DNA of 63,710 bases, counting the filler, from Octopus bimaculoides (lineage: Eukaryota), in assembly GCF_001194135.2 (NCBI RefSeq). It is 5 parts of 5 records of this genome, joined end to end, with 100 filler letters (N's around TTAATTAATTAA, not from the genome) between each part and the next. Parts side by side here need not be neighbours in the genome. Positions count along the whole stretch, not along the records: positions 61,359 to 63,710 come from NW_026385533.1; 4 more parts are not named here. One strand, given 5' to 3'. Within the stretch, counting starts at the first letter, position 1. Every line of letters starts with the position of its first letter. Below are positions 61,259 through 63,710 of the stretch, piece by piece. A program made the translations under genes and the position numbers. The notes below the pieces were generated by a model. That model was not told the origin of the DNA, did not search any database, and worked only from the letters and a program-made list of their open reading frames with translations.

Positions 61259-61358
61259 NNNNNNNNNNNNNNNNNNNNNNNNNNNNNNNNNNNNNNNNNN
61301 NNTTAATTAATTAANNNNNNNNNNNNNNNNNNNNNNNNNNNNNNNNNNNNNNNNNNNN
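61259..61358. other. Artificial scaffold join
   Basis: TTAATTAATTAA at 61303-61314 between two 44-N runs. Confidence 0.95.
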
Positions 61359-61501
61359 ACGATGATGATGATGATGATAATTATGATGATGATGATGATG
61401 ACGAGGATGAACATGATAAAAAATCATTTCTTTTATGTTCTATTTCTTTAGTAGTAGTAGTAGTTATAAAAATGATACTGGAAAAACAACAACTACAAAT
61501 T

Positions 61502-61552
<51 letters not shown>

Positions 61553-62359
61553 ATAATAATAATTATGATGATGATAATAATAATAAATGACTATTATTAC
61601 TATTATAAGAAGAAGAAGAACGAAAAAAAGGAAATGAAATGTAAAGCACGAAAAAAAAAAGAACAAACAAAAGTACAACTAGAAAAAAAGAAAAGAAATG
61701 AAGATGGAAATAAAGAAGAAAAAAATGTAAAAAATGAAAAAAATAACAAAGAAAAAGAAACGAACGCGAATGCAACGGCAAACATGCAAATCAACACAGT
61801 TGCCCGTCAGACAATGGCCGATATGTTGCGCTCACGCTGATATTAGTTAGTGTATGTCTGCCTGGGGCTGTATAGGTTTGTGATAGGACGGGGGTGAGGC
61901 TGGTATATATATATATAGGGAGGAGAGAGTTGCAATAGGAGTAAGGGTANNNNNNNNNNNNNNNNNNNNNNNNNNNNNNNNNNNNNNNNNNNNNNNNNNN
62001 NNNNNNNNNNNNNNNNNNNNNNNNNNNNNNNNNNNNNNNNNNNNNNNNNNNNNNNNNNNNNNNNNNNNNNNNNNNNNNNNNNNNNNNNNNNNNNNNNNNN
62101 NNNNNNNNNNNNNNNNNNNNNNNNNNNNNNNNNNNNNNNNNNNNNNNNNNNNNNNNNNNNNNNNNNNNNNNNNNNNNNNNNNNNNNNNNNNNNNNNNNNN
62201 NNNNNNNNNNNNNNNNNNNNNNNNNNNNNNNNNNNNNNNNNNNNNNNNNNNNNNNNNNNNNNNNNNNNNNNNNNNNNNNNNNNNNNNNNNNNNNNNNNNN
62301 NNNNNNNNNNNNNNNNNNNNNNNNNNNNNNNNNNNNNNNNNNNNNNNNNNNNNNNNNNN

Positions 62360-62399
<40 letters not shown>

Positions 62400-62744
62400 T
62401 GTATATATATATATATATGTATAAACATATACATATATATATATACATGTATGTATATATACATGTATGCATGTGTATTTATATGTTCATACGTATGTAT
62501 ACATATGTATACAGCACGCTGCACATACACGGCACGTGCATAAACACACCCACACATATACATGTATAGATGTGCGTGCTTATATATATATATGTATGTA
62601 TATATATCCGTCGGTATATATATATATATATGGATACATTCACAGACAAGTATATAGGTGCGTATTTATGTATATATGTATATATTTATATATTCATGTA
62701 TGTATGTACGTGTGATGTACGTGTGAGTTTTTTTTGTGTATAGG

Positions 62745-62817
<73 letters not shown>

Positions 62818-62849
62818 TGTGTGTGTGCTTGTGTGTGTGCGAGTCGTGC

Positions 62850-63245
62850 TCTTGTTTGCGCGTGCGCATGGAGTATGAACGGCAGCGTTGTAATGGCTAA
62901 ATGAGTCGTGGGTCACGTGACCGAATTCAAAAGAGAAGTCTGCGCGCAAAGAGTGGAGTTTGGGGCGAAGGGAGTGGGAGAGGGGAGAGGCGGAGCATGC
63001 AGCAGAAAGGCATAACATGTCTTCCTACGGCTAACAACGCAGGGGCATGCGTCATTCAGTGATGGTAGTAGTAGTAGTAGTCGCAGTGGTGGTGGTTGTT
63101 GTAGTTGTAGTGGTGGTAATAGCTGATTTAGTGGTGGTAGTAGTAGGAATAGTGGTAGTAGTACTCGTACACCTTCCTCCCAAGCATTGCTATAAACAGC
63201 GGAAATGAGCTAAAAGGTTAAACCTTAGTGCGCATGCACAGCAGA
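62850..63245. promoter_or_regulatory. CpG-rich promoter-like patch with CLEAR/E-box and NRF1-type motifs
   Basis: GGTCACGTGACC 62911-62922; TGCGCGTGCGCA 62857-62868; TGCGCGCA 62941-62948; TGCGCATGCACA 63229-63240; locally high GC in an AT-rich window. Confidence 0.5.
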
Positions 63246-63395
63246 GTCCAAGGTCAATCTGTGCCAAGCGGCTTCACTCTGCGTACTTTAGCTTCGTTAC
63301 TATGACAACAGTCCGGATACTTATTGATCAGACCACGTCTATATATATATGGGGGGGGGAATTCACAAAAAAAAAGAATACACAGGCACACACAC

Positions 63396-63567
63396 TCAAA
63401 GGGTCAGCCTTGTCACACTGTGTCATGCCGAATGTCCCCGAGAACTACGTTAAGGGTTACACGTGTCTGTGGAGTGCTCAGCCACTTGCACGTTAATTCC
63501 ACGAGCAGGCCGTTCCGTTGATTGGATCAACTGGAACCCTCGTAGTCGTAACCGACGGAGTGCCAAC
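63396..63567 (+). mobile_element. SINE family D tail type 1
   Basis: Matches 23900-24064. Confidence 0.9.
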
Positions 63568-63710
63568 GAACGTGAGGTCAGCTTATTTGGGGACATATTC
63601 AAGATTAAACAAAACCGCCATTTTGAGTCCATTCCTCTGAGTGGTAAGGGACATGTTCTCTCCGAGCCCTGGTACAAATATATGAGGCTGTGTGATAGGG
63701 AGCTTGCTTC

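Overview
AT-rich, microsatellite-dense eukaryotic DNA with about 6.4 kb of N gaps. The SINE families, repeat density and fragmented assembly point to a cephalopod, most likely Octopus (inference from recalled repeat families, not a database hit). Four identical 100-bp artificial joins (44 N + TTAATTAATTAA + 44 N) split the window into five blocks whose adjacency is not guaranteed. Almost every ORF in the supplied track is a microsatellite or gap artefact. Real content: (1) at least four tRNA- or RTE-related SINE families; (2) decayed non-LTR retrotransposons (R4/Dong-like, a second restriction-like-endonuclease family, HERO-like, RTE, L1/Tx1, Penelope-like); (3) DNA transposon relics (pogo, maT/Tc1-mariner, mariner/hAT/piggyBac MITEs, Helitron/Helentron ends); (4) a tentative multi-exon host gene in a CpG-depleted block (about 22.5-35.2 kb); (5) a CpG-rich promoter-like patch near 62.9 kb. 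The most striking unexplained signal is about 15 minimal type I hammerhead ribozyme motifs from about nine sequence families, most with self-complementary stem III. They include a tRNA-headed (Pol III) SINE whose 3' half is a hammerhead and a 222-bp hammerhead unit inserted with a 12-bp target-site duplication. A second signal is an RLE-type LINE family whose microsatellite junctions are all (CATA)n in one polarity. No CRISPR array, rRNA or bona fide tRNA gene is supported. All protein-family calls are by-eye motif recognition.
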